Below, piece by piece: positions 51,801-64,000 of a stretch of DNA of 64,000 nucleotides. The position numbers and the translations under genes were made by a program. The stretch's first letter is position 1; each line of letters opens with the position of its first letter. The stretch is from Microbotryum violaceum (Eukaryota), in contig CDLV01000015.1 of NCBI GenBank assembly GCA_001244265.2, positions 558,001-622,000 on the forward strand, in the 5' to 3' direction. The notes beneath the pieces were generated by a model. That model saw only the letters and a list, made by a program, of their open reading frames with translations, was not told the origin of the DNA and made no database searches.

Positions 51801-53483
51801 GCATCTGTTTGCGGAGATTATCGCCAAGTACCACGGCGATCGTGACAACAACATGGCCAAAGTCGACGTGTTCGCAGCCGTGCTATGGAACGCGTTGCCG
51901 CCCGTCGGAGGTATCTCGATCGTGGAGCAATTCGAGCTGCACCTCCACCCGATCCGACTGCAGCTCGAGCATCATGTCGGACGGCGCATCATGGACTATG
52001 TATTTTCGCAGCGGCGCAAGTCCGACGAGGACGGTGGCGACAGCCGGGACCACTCCGAAGCCGAGAGCGACGCCGACTCGATCTCCAGTGGATCCCAGAA
52101 GCAGGCACAGCGATCGCTCAAATCCAAGCTGTCCAACAACTCGTTGAGACCTCCCTCAATTGCGGTTCATGGCAATCATTCCGTCGACTCGCTTCAGCTT
52201 CGTCGCCAGAATGAGCTTGCCGTCAATGGCTCGGTATCGCAGCTGATGTCTTCTTCCGCTTCGAGCATCCACACGGGACAACGACAGCTTCGTCACGTCA
52301 GCTCGATGGACGTGCTTTCGCTCGCAACGAGCGAACAGGTCCTCGACGCCGAGGAGATGCGCGCACGTGCCCGCTTGAATCGCACCTTCGTGCTGGTCGA
52401 CATCAGCCCCACGACGCTGTGTCTCACGTACAAAGTAAGTGTATACCCACTCAAAACTTGCTTCTGCTGTGCTTTGGTTTGCTGATCACTGCGCTCCGTT
52501 CCCGTTGTTAGTCTGAAAAGTCTGACCACAGCCGAATGTTTGACCTTTTCGACATTGTCTACAAGACCCCGTCGATGCAGTACCGCTCCAAGACGTGGTC
52601 ATTTCTCGATCTGATCACCGTAATGAGAAAGGACACGATGAAGTCGATTTGGTCCCAGCGTTCTTCTTTGCTGGGCCAGTACCTGTCGCGCGCGCACCGC
52701 AAGCTGCCTCTGACCGAACAGCGCTCGGCTATGAGTCAGGGACTCAAGTCCAAAATCAAGATGCCCTTCCGCCACAAAATCACGGCACCTTCGAACCACA
52801 GCATGCCTGTGACGCGCGGCCCGACCAGTCCTCTGGGCCGTGTGCGCACCGCATCGCCGAATTCGCAGTCGCACAACGGCGACTACGCAGCGGGAGACGC
52901 TGAAGCAGCGGCCGAGGCTGTTGCCGAGGCTCAGGAAGTCCGCGGTCGTGGGCAGCAACCCGAGGCGATTGTCGCCGAACTCGAACGAGCCGAAGCGACT
53001 GCCGCGTTGGTTCCTTTCCCGCAGGCTCAACAGCACCACATACTTTCGGATGATCGCTTCATTGCCGAGCCCGAACCGATGGTCCCTACCCCTAGCTCGC
53101 CCGGGTCAACCTCGTCGCTCAGCGCTCGCAGTAGTCGATCGAGCAATCTGGATCGAGTACGCCAGTTGACTCACTCCATGTCAGAAGGTCGAAGCAGCTC
53201 GCACCATTCCGACTCTTCCAGCTCATCATACCCGAGTAAGCTTCCAGGGCCTTGAATATCTAAGCCACATTAAGTTCAGCACTGACCTGGGTGGAACTGC
53301 ATCTTTTGTCACAGCACACCGACCACTTCGGGCGTCCATCTCGGGCATCTCGGACCAGGAAAAGGCTCATCTACTTCTGGGGTGAGCACGACTTCTCGCC
53401 CCTTCGTCTTGGAGAGCTGATATAGCCATGCTGACCATCCAAGATCTTGCCACAGCTCGAGTTTCCGGACTAGTCGTGAATAG
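42869..53483 (+). CDS. FMP27: Fmp27/Hobbit (BLTP2) bridge-like lipid transfer protein
   Basis: N-terminal TM segment; IQDDPFE, RLRDYPLPL, DPSDRIGFWDKIRLQFH, LPIRQGKLFP, PPVGGISIVEQFE motifs; terminal exons inferred. Confidence 0.92.
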
Positions 53484-54191
53484 CGCGGCCCATCCATATT
53501 GCACTTGGCCAGTGCCACCATATCTCTCATTGGTTTCGAATGTCCTTGTCTGTGCGTGTTTCTATGCAGTTTATCTCTTCTTCTTCCACGTGTCGTATTT
53601 TTGCCACTTGCTCTAAATCGCAATGTTACGTGATTCCGTGTCTGGACACTGGAAATCAACGCCGTCGCCAATAGTGCAGTGCAGTGGGGGGTCCCATGTT
53701 CCACGCTTGGACCTCGTGTAGCTTCTCTATCCTGGTAATCTTTGTGTTCTGGATCGCAACAAAGACGACTCCGCTGACGAGAGCCTGAGAGCAGACGTCG
53801 AACTTGAAGCAGTGGGGCAGAGCGGAGCCCGCAGCAGTAAGCACCGAGCTTGCGGCTCGGGCCGACTATGATTCGATCGGCTTTGGACGGACCTCGTCAG
53901 CCCAACGCTTTCGCTAGCGCCGTGCTGTAGTCACTCTATTCTAGTCGTGTAGTTGCTCCACTCTAAGCGCATGCGCGCAACTGAGTCGCCCCTGCACCGT
54001 ACTGCACCACTTTGCACCTCTTTACCGGACCTCGGCGACGCTGTCGCTGTCGCTCTCACTCTCGCTGCTGGCGCTGCTGCTGCTGGTGACTTCGCGCGGC
54101 GCCACCTCTTTTGACTTGTGCACGCGCACGCGACACTCCACGACCCGAGCCCACGACCCAACCCCTTGCCCGCTGACATCGCGTAGCTAGC

Positions 54192-55965
54192 ATGTGAGTG
54201 AACCATTGCCCCGGTCTCTTGACTTGAACCCCTGATCGACCATGAGCATGTCGCCTGCCATTACAAACGAGTCGGCCGGGATCGTCGCGTCGACGAATCC
54301 TCTCGGAGCTCGGCTGTGCTGGGGTGAATGTCAAACGCTGGATCGGCACAGACCGAGTGAAGCTAGATGCTTCCAACTACCTTGATTGGATTCTACGTGA
54401 CATGTTGTCGCCTGAACCACCGTGCCTTCACGCGGACTTTGCCACTGGACTCCGCCCCCCGCCGCCGATATTGCTCCCCGGACCTGCCCGCACCTCCGTA
54501 TTGTTTTGTGTGCGGTGCTGACCCTAATCAACGAGCTCACGAACAGGTGTGGCCGATTTGCGCAGAGCTACGATGCTGATGACCTCCAACAGGAACTCGT
54601 GCGGCAGTACTTCATTCCACAGCGACCGAGGGGCAGGCGGCGTGGCGGGGCACCACCCCGCGGCGATGACGATGACAACGATGATGACGGTGATGACGCC
54701 GGCGGTAACGACGAGGCTCAAGAGGACCAAGAGCAACAATTGGATCAAGGAGAGTGCTCTCGGCTCCATGAACGCATCACGGATGGACAGCAAGAGGGAA
54801 CAATTGCGTCGGGTCAAGCAAGTGGCAGTGGCTTTTTGGAGGAAAGAAGCAGCAGCACTGCTCGTGCCTCGGGGAGCAGTGGGGTGATAGAATGGGCAAG
54901 CGATACGGCCAAGAAGAGATATCGTCCACGATACAACGTTCCCCCGAAAAGCAACTCGGCAGTGCTGATCCGCGACAAGACCATGTCAGCGCGCTCAGGC
55001 GCCGAATACTACTCTCTCGATCTGCTGCAGTGGGGCCTCATCCCAGCATGGAGCAAGGAACCGCCCGAGGGCGGTCCTCTACACACCATCAACTGCACGT
55101 ACGAGAATCTCAGTCAAGGCACACCGTTGTGGAGATCGGTCCGCGATTCCAAGAGGTGCATCGTCGTCGCCGACGGGTTCTACGAATGGTTAACTAAAGG
55201 CAAGGACAAGCTGCCCCATTTCATCAAGCCCGCCGATGGTCGGCTTCTATGTATGGCAGGACTCTACGACCATGCGACGTGAGTTTAACACTTGCTCAAT
55301 TTCACGCCACGTCAGTGTATGGGCTCTGGCTAATACTCCTCGCCTGTCCCGCACCATAGATTCGGTGACAGTTTCGATCCCGTCACCACATTCACGATCA
55401 TCACCGTCCCAGCGAACCAGCAGATGTCGACAGTAATTCGCTGTCCAACAATTGCGACTCTCCTCTGATTACTTCCCTTCAGCAGCTGATTCTGGGATAT
55501 TTTGCGCAGCTACACCACCGCATGCCCGCCATTTTGCAAAACCCCGAGGAGATCCGATTGTGGCTGTCCGAGGAAAAGTGGACCAAGCCCATCGAGAACC
55601 TCATCCGCCCGTACGAGCGAGAACTCACTATTTACCAAGTACCCAAAGGCGTAGGCAAGGTTGGCAACGAATCGCCAACATTCATTGAGCCGATCAAAGG
55701 TGCCCCGGGGACGCTCGAGACGATGTTCGCGAAGCAAAATTCCCAAGGCTCTCCCAACATGCCCAAATCAGCATCAGCGAGTTCGGCATCCCCCAAGTGG
55801 AAGTCTTCTTCACCCGCGACCCTGAAAAAAGAACCAGCTACCCACAAGCGAAAGAAGGGGAGTTTCATTGAGGTCATTGACTTGCTCGACGATTCCGACG
55901 GCGCTGCTGAGGGCGAATCGAACGCCGATGCGAAACCGGCTAAAAAGCTTCGTGAAGCTTCCTGA
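54192..55965 (+). CDS. HMCES: SRAP-domain abasic-site protein (HMCES/YedK family)
   Basis: AT|G-CGRF after splicing 54194-54546; RYNVPP, WGLIPAW, RCIVVADGFYEW, FTIIT, HHRMPAIL. Confidence 0.88.
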
Positions 55966-56752
55966 CGTCGGCAAGGTTGAGGAGGCAGAGCTGTGACACT
56001 TGGGAATTGTCTACCTAATCTATTCTACACACCTGCTGCAAGAACGCCGATGCACGTGATACTCGCAGCCCGGTCGGGATTTGAAAGTGAGAGGCGGCGG
56101 CGGGAGCGGTGGCACTTACTAGCCACCGACTGCTGGAAAATCCCGATTGGCCCGATCTGCTTGCCGGCGCATCAGATTGGTGATTCAGATTACCTAGTAC
56201 GTACCAAACTACGTATAGTGATTCAATGCAACCCGTCAATGGTGTGCAAGCAATTTTTACAGCTTTAGCCTGCAGGCTGGCTGCTGACATGCTGATCGCT
56301 CAACCAAAGCCTGTTCCTGTACTAAAGGCTATCCGCGCGTTGGGCCAGAAGCGGGAATTGCCCGTCTCCGGCAACCCCAGAGCGGCCGAATTGTCAAAGC
56401 GCACTGCCCATGCGAGGTTGCGCGCCTCGCGCCTGGACCTGGTCAGTCGTCTCGATTCATCGATCGGTCCCCTATCTGGCCGCGGGGCACTCTGGCATCG
56501 CTTTACTCGATTCGGTTGAATGAATTAGAGTTCTCTCTTATCGAGCGATGCGCTCGGGCCCGCCAAGTATTTCGGCCATCCTCAAACCTCTGACGGGTCC
56601 CCGCATCCGCACCGGAAAGGTTGAGCTAGCGACAATCTTATAGTGGCCGCAGACGAGCCTCGTGTTGAAGTTCCAACCAGTGCCAATCTCCCGCTTTCTG
56701 TTTCCTGCCACTCCACTCTCTGCCACTTAATTTTTCACTCGGCCTCTGGATC

Positions 56753-58526
56753 ATGTTACAATCATCGAGCCTGTTGTGCTTCGCCATGGTCGGGCTGCTC
56801 GGCGAAACGTTCGCCAGTCCCATCAGCTTTTCGGCCAAGGGTTCGATTTCGATCCCGCTGCAGCGGCGCCTGGGCTTTTCGGACCTCGACCGCCGCATCG
56901 CACAGCACCAAGCCCTCAAGGCGAGGTACGGTATTCCTCTGGAGGATGAAGACGTCCAAGCTAGTCGACGACTCTTACGCAAAAGAGCATCGTCCGCTTC
57001 CCTGCCCATCGCGGGTACCGATCAGTCAGTTCCTCGTTCTCGGTTCTCGGTCACGTGCCTCTATCGATCGCAGTGTCTTCGCGAGAGAAGGATTTGCTCA
57101 CTAGGTCTTGAGGGCGATTTTATGTGCCACAGAACATTCTACGGGTCTCTCACCGTTGGAACCCCGGCTTTCACGTACGAAGTCGTGCTCGACACTGGGT
57201 CATCTGTACGTACCCCGTCCGCTTTCTGGCCGTCCGTGCGGGAACAGACTCCTGGCTCATCCATACCGATCTAACCCCGACCATTATCTCCCTCTCTTTC
57301 TGATAGGACTTGGTCATAATGGTGCCGGGAGTGGACCGGGATGACGCTTGCGTCGGTAACTGTGTAATCACGGGCCAGCTTTACCCTGCTCTCAACGGGT
57401 CGACGTCGGCCGTGGCTTTGAACAGGACCACGAATCTCGTCTATGGGGGCGGCATCGCCGCGGGCTACCTCGTCAACGACACGGTCTCGATGGGCGGCTT
57501 CACCTCCGTGCAAACGATCGCAGCCTGCAACAATGTCACGTCCCTGACCTCGTCCTCTGACGAAACGGGTCTCATCGGCCTGGCCTTCGAGTCACTCTCC
57601 GGAACGGGCTCGCGACCGTTCATGCAGGGTCTTTACGAGACCGGACAATTGGCAGAGCCCCTGTTCGCGTTCGCTCCCGCTCCACTTGATCTCGAGGACG
57701 TCGGCCCATACCAAACTACGGTACCTGGCGGATTCTTGGACATTGGGGCCACAAATTCGAGCCTCTTCACCGGCTCGATTGGGTACACTGGTCTGACCGG
57801 TGGCCAGGGTAAGTACTGGGAGATCCCGCTGGACGCGTTCCACGTCCAAGGCGTCGACGTCAACATCTCGACCCCGAATGCTGTCATCGACTCTGGTACA
57901 AACTCTTTGGCGATCCCGACACTTGCTGCGGAGAAGATCTTCGCAGCCATCGCAGATTCAAAGCTCATCGCCGGCACAGGCGGGCTTTACGAGTATCCAT
58001 GCAAGACCAATGTTTCGCTCACCTTGACGTTCAACGGAGTACAATTCACTACGGCACCCAAGTTCTTCAACGGCGGCGTTTCCCCTGGTCGAAAAGAAAC
58101 TCATTGCATCGGAGCCGTCTCTGCTCTGGGTGGTAGCTCGGAAGAAGCGTTGACAACCTATGTCATCGGCACGCCATTGTGAGCGACCACGGAACTTTCT
58201 CACCCGCAGGTTAGCCTCGACTCATACATTTCCGCTGCGTCTCTGAATTCTTTCTCCCACACAGTATCATGAACTTTTACAGCGTCTTCCGCTTCAACCC
58301 ACCCTCCGTTGGCTTTGCACCCATCACTAATTCATCGGCGTTGACTTCGGGTGGAATTCCTCGATCCAACGGCACGACCTCGGCGAATGTCACGACGACC
58401 TCGTCATCCAATGGCGCGTCTGCCACGGCTCGCTCCTCAGTTTCACGCCTGTCTGCTCGAGGCTCGGTCCTCGGTGCCTGCGTGGGACTCGTCGTGACTG
58501 CCGGCGCATTCGTCTTTGGCGCTTGA
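56753..58526 (+). CDS. Secreted, probably GPI-anchored pepsin-like aspartic protease 1
   Basis: Signal peptide, VLDTGSS and VIDSGT catalytic motifs, Ser/Thr-rich tail with hydrophobic C-terminus. Confidence 0.9.
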
Positions 58527-59129
58527 GAGTAGTTATCGGTAGCGCTCGCGACAGGCTCCCGGGTAGTTTGACTTTGGGGGAACTAACAAGTGAATACATA
58601 AACATTGTGCTTAATTATTGAATCCCTGGCCACGCCATGAGCCCCAAGCTCCTGCATCGAAGAAATGCTAAGTGCGCGAGGCCGGCATCTGAAAAGTTCA
58701 GGGGCCACGAGAGATGCAAGCCCTTCGGAAGAACTTGGCCGGCGTGGCACAAGTGAGCTTCTGGCCACGTTCGGCATTACTGCGGGATACCACGCGCCTC
58801 GAAGCGACTCACTGTTTTATTAGACCATTTTCTATGTAGATGTAGATGTGCGGCAGTCCGAGTAGGTCTGGTAGCGAGAATGCGATCAAGTTAAGCTGTC
58901 GATATTCCCCTGGCCATGGGTGTGATGATCAGCTCATGCTATGGACCACCGGGTGGCCCCACGATGACGTCGACTGGCCGAAGCTGCACCTGGCGCAACG
59001 GACTCCGGCCCAAATTAGCACCCACACGCCAACCAAGCACAACACCGCCCACTGCCGCATTACCTTCCTGCTCCTGCTCCTGCTCTGCCCATCCCTCATC
59101 CCTAAGCGTTTTCAACCACTCAGCACAAC

Positions 59130-60947
59130 ATGGTGCACTCGTCTGGTCTCGTGTATCTGGCCTTTGTCGGTCTCGTCGGGCAAGCGATGGCGACTCCTGC
59201 GCCTCGAGACCTTCACAGCCGCGCTGGCAAGATCTCGACCTCGCTCCCGCTGCACAAACGCGTCTCGCGTAGATCGAACGGCCTGTCCGATCTCGACACC
59301 CGCATCGCCCAGCTGCTGGCAACCAAGTCCAAGTACGGCCTCTCTCTCGACGAGGAGGATTTCAAGGCTACGAGTCGTCTCTCAAAGCGTGCATCGGGTA
59401 GTCAGGTTGCGCTCGCCGGCAACGACGAGTGAGTCGTCTCCGCGGAGAAGATGACAACGACGTCAGCGCGAAATCGCCTTGACTGACGAAATCTATGGTG
59501 GCGGCGGTGTGTGACTGTGCTCGATCGAACCTTACCTTGACAGATCCTACTATGCCTCCATTTCTCTTGGTACACCCTCCTACACGTATGAGGTTGCCCT
59601 CGACACCGGATCAGCCGTAGGTCTCCGCGTGCTCCAGCTCGGTCGAGGAATTTGTCACTCGAGTGCTTGCTGTCGCACGCGCTAACTCTATATGCACCTA
59701 CTTTGTCCGATACAACAGGATCTGGTTATGATAACATCTGACGCCAACATGCAAGCATGTGCATCTGAATGCACCATCACGAGCCAGCTCTACCCGGCCA
59801 CGAACGGATCTTCGTCGGCCAAATCGCTCGGCCAATCGGTTGACATCGTCTACGGCACCGGGTCTGCTAACGGTGTGCTTGTCGCGGACACGATGACGAT
59901 GGGTGGCTTCACGGCGCAACAAATCATCGCCGCTTGCGACAACGTGACTGGATTGACGACCTCGCCGGACCAGTCAGGCCTCATGGGTCTCGCTTTCCAA
60001 GCCTTGTCGGCCTCCGGCTCGATGCCCTTCTTGCAGGGCCTCTACACCGCCGGCTCCCTCTCGCAGCCGTTGTTCGCGCTTGCTGGCGCATCACTTGGCC
60101 CTCAGGATGTTCCTTCGTTCGATGCCGTCGTACCTGGTGGCTTCATGGACATTGGTACGACCAACTCGTCGTTGTACACGGGTACGATCAACTACGTCGG
60201 CCTCACGGCCGGCAAAGGTCTTTACTGGCAGATTCCCCTCGACGCCATGACAGTGCAAGGGACCAACCTCGGGATCTCAGCTTCGGCCGTGGTCATCGAC
60301 TCCGGAACGAACTCGATCGCCGTTCCTCAGAGCGTCGCCAGCGCCATCTACGCCGGCATCTCGGGCTCGCAGGCCATTCCCAACAGTGGTGGACTATACG
60401 CGTATCCTTGCGCCACCTCGGTCACGCTGACGATGACCTTTGGTGGAGTCGTGTACTCAATGCTCCCCAAGAACTTCAACACCGGAACGGCGACGAAGAG
60501 TGGAACTTACTGCGTCGGAGCCGTTTCCTCACTCGGCACGTCGCAGAGTGCCAAAGATACCTTCATTGTTGGAACGCCCTTGTGAGTGGGCGCGATCGCC
60601 CGCCCTTCGATCGATTGGCTGACTCGATTTTTGTGCTCCATATCAGCCTCATGAGTCTGTACCAAGTATACCGATTCGAGCCCCCTGCTGTCGGTTTCGC
60701 AACCATCACGACCGCGTCAGTCTTGACCTCGGGCGGAATCCCTGAATCCAACGGCACCTCGGCCTCGGGTGGTCCTTCTTCCGGTAGTAAAACGCCGGTG
60801 CGTATCACGGCGACCGGCACGGCTGCTGCGTCGGCTACGGGTAGCGCTTCGGGTAGTTCGGGCTCGAGTTCGACCACTCGAGGATCTGCCTTGGGTGCAA
60901 TCCTCGGTCTCGCGATGACCGCCGGCGCGTTCGCCGCCCTAGCCTAA
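59130..60947 (+). CDS. Secreted, probably GPI-anchored pepsin-like aspartic protease 2 (tandem paralog)
   Basis: ALDTGS and VIDSGT; same exon structure as paralog 1. Confidence 0.9.
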
Positions 60948-61230
60948 TCTTGGGACGACACGTCCTTTTTTTTTCTCTCTTCTGGCGTTCTGACGTGAAG
61001 GATCTTGGCTTATATCGAGCTGATATAGTGCTATCGATGCAAAGTGCTCGCCTCCCAGGCTGCTTTGCTTGTGTCCACACAATTGCGTAAAGGCACGGTG
61101 ATCTGATGCGTTGAGTTTGGATATAATATGCTGATAAGATACCAAAAGCTTGGAGACGAACTCTTTTCTGAACCGGTACCGATTTGATGGTATAGGATGA
61201 ATTGCGTGAAGAAGAAAAAAAAAGGTGGCA

Positions 61231-62804
61231 CTATCTTCTTCCCGTCCCAGCAGTGGCAGTGGCAGCGATCGCCTGTGCCCTTGCCAGCGCGGCCTGTCTA
61301 TCAGCTTCTTCGACTTCACGTATCCGTTCGGGGGAATCAAAGAGCTTGACACTGCGAGAAGGAGGGAGTGGGAGAATGATGTGAGCTGACGCTGGCAGAA
61401 GGTAGACGAGGGGGCCTCCATCAGCCATTCCAACTTTTGGAAAACAACACTGACAGGATCCTCGGTGTCTCCAACCAATTCCTCGATCCGCTCGCTCGTT
61501 CGCGCTTCCACACCTCGGTCCAAAAGTACCTGTTGGAGTGTGCTTCCCTTTAGCTAAACTAATTCGTACTTGCAGCCCAGAACAGAATCAAGAACCCACC
61601 ACCAATGGCCCGTGAGGAGACCCAATGCATCCCCCATGATAGCGCCCATGCCCCATCCCGTTCCACCACCGGCAAGAGCCCAGGAAAAGAGACAAAGGGC
61701 GTAAGGGAGATAAGGGGCGGTGATGGTGATGATGCCGAAGAGGGAGAGGCGCACGGTCGGGTTGAGGCGTGACCAGAGGTAGACGAGCTGCGGGTGAGAA
61801 GAGGTACGACACGTCAGTTCGCTGTAATATCTCCTCTAAGAGTAACCATGATAGGTTCCTGGGACGTACGGTGAAGGATAGTGGTGACGAGAGGAATGGG
61901 GAAGGTGATAGGGGAGAGAGGATCTGTTGGCCGTGCCCGAGCGGTGTACACGAGAGAGAGAGAGAGGAGTCAGTGCCGAAACAGTCAGGAAAGTTGTCGG
62001 TGCTTGCAAGGTACTGACGAGAAGCAATGCGCAAGACACAGTCAGTAGCCAGATGTAGTCGGCTCTCCGCCCATGGAAGGTTGATTCCTCGAGCATTTTG
62101 CTGTACCGCATGCTGTCGAGGGCACGTTGGAAATGGGGTCAGTCTTGACCGGCAGCAGCTGCGTAGTAGTGGGTGGCACGTCGTTGTGCAAGTGATGCTC
62201 CAGGGACGCAGTGACGCACAAGAAGAATATGTGGAAGAAAAAGTCGAGCCCGAGTGGGCCCCAGTACATGAAACACGTGGCGATCCTCCACAGCTGCAGG
62301 CCGCCGATACGGGGTGGGGGGTCGGTCAGACCGGGACGGACGGGACGAAACGCGGTCGGTCGGTCAGGCCGGTCAGGACCCAGAAGCGATGCAGGAACGA
62401 GCGGTCAGCATCAACGAGCCAAGCATCGTCATTGATGAAAAGCAGGACGGACCTGGCCATGCTCAAACGCGGAGCGATAGGTGAAGTAGAGCTGCAGGGG
62501 CGTGACGACGTTGCATTGCTGTGCAGTGGGGTTAGGTCGGGAGCGAGGCGCACACAGATATGATCATCAGTATCGAGTGCGCAGGAACGAGGAACGAGGA
62601 ACGAGCCGGACGTACTACGGCCACACTAAGCGCGACGGCCGAGCTGTAGGCGTGGTGCACCAAACATGGTCAGACCGAAGTGAGCGATGACGTGGGAGAC
62701 GGGCACAGAGCGGTGAAGACAGGGGGCGACCAGTCCGTCGGTAGATGAGGGTTCACGTACGCAAGGTAGCACTTGGTGACGATCGGCAAGTCACCGATCT
62801 CCAT
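61231..62804 (-). CDS. DER1: Derlin (ERAD membrane protein)
   Basis: MEIGDLPIVTKCYL, YWGPLGLDFFFHIFF, MRYSKMLEESTFHGRRADY, WSRLNP.VRLSLFG..APYLPY, GLLTGH. Confidence 0.9.
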
Positions 62805-63804
62805 GGCTTGTACGAGGAAGCGACACTTGCCTTCCGCTGGCGTCGTACACGTGCAGTACGAGTCGAGTTGACCGAAGCCAAGCCCGATTCCGAAGCGCGA
62901 GAGGAACGACCCGAGCCAGCGAGAGGCAGCTCAGGCAGCTCTCGAGTAGGTCCCCTTAGTAGGTCTCTGTAGGTCTCGCCTTGGCTCTTGCCTTTCTCGC
63001 GCCACTTGCTCGTCTCGCACGTGATCGTCGCCGGTACTGGTCTCTCGTGTGTGCCCTTTCGCGTTCTCGGTTGGGAAAAGGGGAAGTGTGATTGTTGGCA
63101 TCGGGATCGGACTGGGTGAGTTGTCCTGTCCCTCTTACCGGCATCGACCGTGTGCTTGCTTCCAGACTGACTGACGCAGCTCACCTCACCTCACGCGGCC
63201 CTCCTTACAGGCTCACTTGGTCCCACGATCGCCGCTTCGGGCATGTTGCACCAGTCTTCAACGAGGGCGTGCAAGTGTGCTTCCACCTCGACAGCGCTGG
63301 TCGCCTGTGCGCACGTCCACGCCCTCCTGCGAGGCTCGCGATCCCCGTCTCGATCGACCTTCGCAACCCGAGCTGGAGCCGGTCCCGGACCGAGCACACC
63401 GCACCCGGTCGCCGAGTCGGGTGGCGATCCTACCTCACCAGCGTACCACCATGCTGCTCTGACATATACAGCGCCTCTGTGGTACCGAGAGCAGTGGCAG
63501 CAAGCAAGGTCAGGCGAAACCTGGCACAATTGGTTCAGCCACAGCCGCGTTCCGCTCGCGCTCGATCCGAAGAACACCCGCGCCCCACCGCCGTCACCTC
63601 CCCCGCAGCGTGCATCGTCGCATTCTTCTTCCGGGATGGCCAAATCTAGAGACACCCATTCCATCGACGAAAGTGCTCGTGAGAGTATAGCCCGCTACCT
63701 CGCCTCGCGCACCCTTTCTTCGACCGAGCACTCGACGCGAGCCATCGACGAGCTTCCCCATGACGACCCAGCTCAAATACTCGCGCCGGCGAAACGACTC
63801 GGCA

Positions 63805-64000
63805 TGTCTGTCGTCGCCAACTATCTGCTGCTAGACCTAGCAGCAAGCAACGCAGCATCGCCAGAACTGGATCAATCCCCGTCCTGGCCGCAGTGGCTCG
63901 ATCCTCGTGAGGCCCTTCAAAACGTCATCGACTACGGTGCGCCCCCGAAGGAGCTGGCGATCGCACTACCCCACCTGGCCGACGAGGCGGAACGAATACA
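63805..64000 (+). CDS. Possible start of a hypothetical gene running off the window
   Basis: ATG-initiated frame (MSVVANYLLLD..) stays open to the window end; no recognisable motif. Confidence 0.3.

Overview
Intron-rich, GC-rich fungal DNA, probably a basidiomycete yeast (inference from gene content and splice signals). Ordinary genes: bZIP factor, SDR, PRS, POP1, alpha/beta hydrolase, FCF2, SAS10, RPL3, FMP27, SRAP/HMCES, two tandem aspartic proteases and derlin. They surround an accessory zone of about 24 kb (11-35 kb). The main finding is two tRNA-Gln genes (TTG, CTG), each with a perfect RTCACGTGAY palindrome about 46-63 bp upstream of the tRNA 5' end. Directly beyond each palindrome is a roughly 7.5 kb head-to-tail array of two L1-like non-LTR retrotransposon families and their poly(A)-tailed 3' fragments. 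All units point away from the tRNA, and the most decayed units are the most distal. This looks like a tRNA-gene-targeted LINE system, analogous to Dictyostelium TRE5, in a fungus. Nested in one LINE is a young gag-only copia element with TG..TA LTRs that contain an intron-like unit bounded by a direct repeat. The zone also holds a decayed PIF/Harbinger element with a tRNA-like gene inside its transposase intron, a GIY-YIG-like pseudogene, tRNA-Phe and an orphan fossil array. Gene models and alignments were done by eye, so exon limits are approximate.
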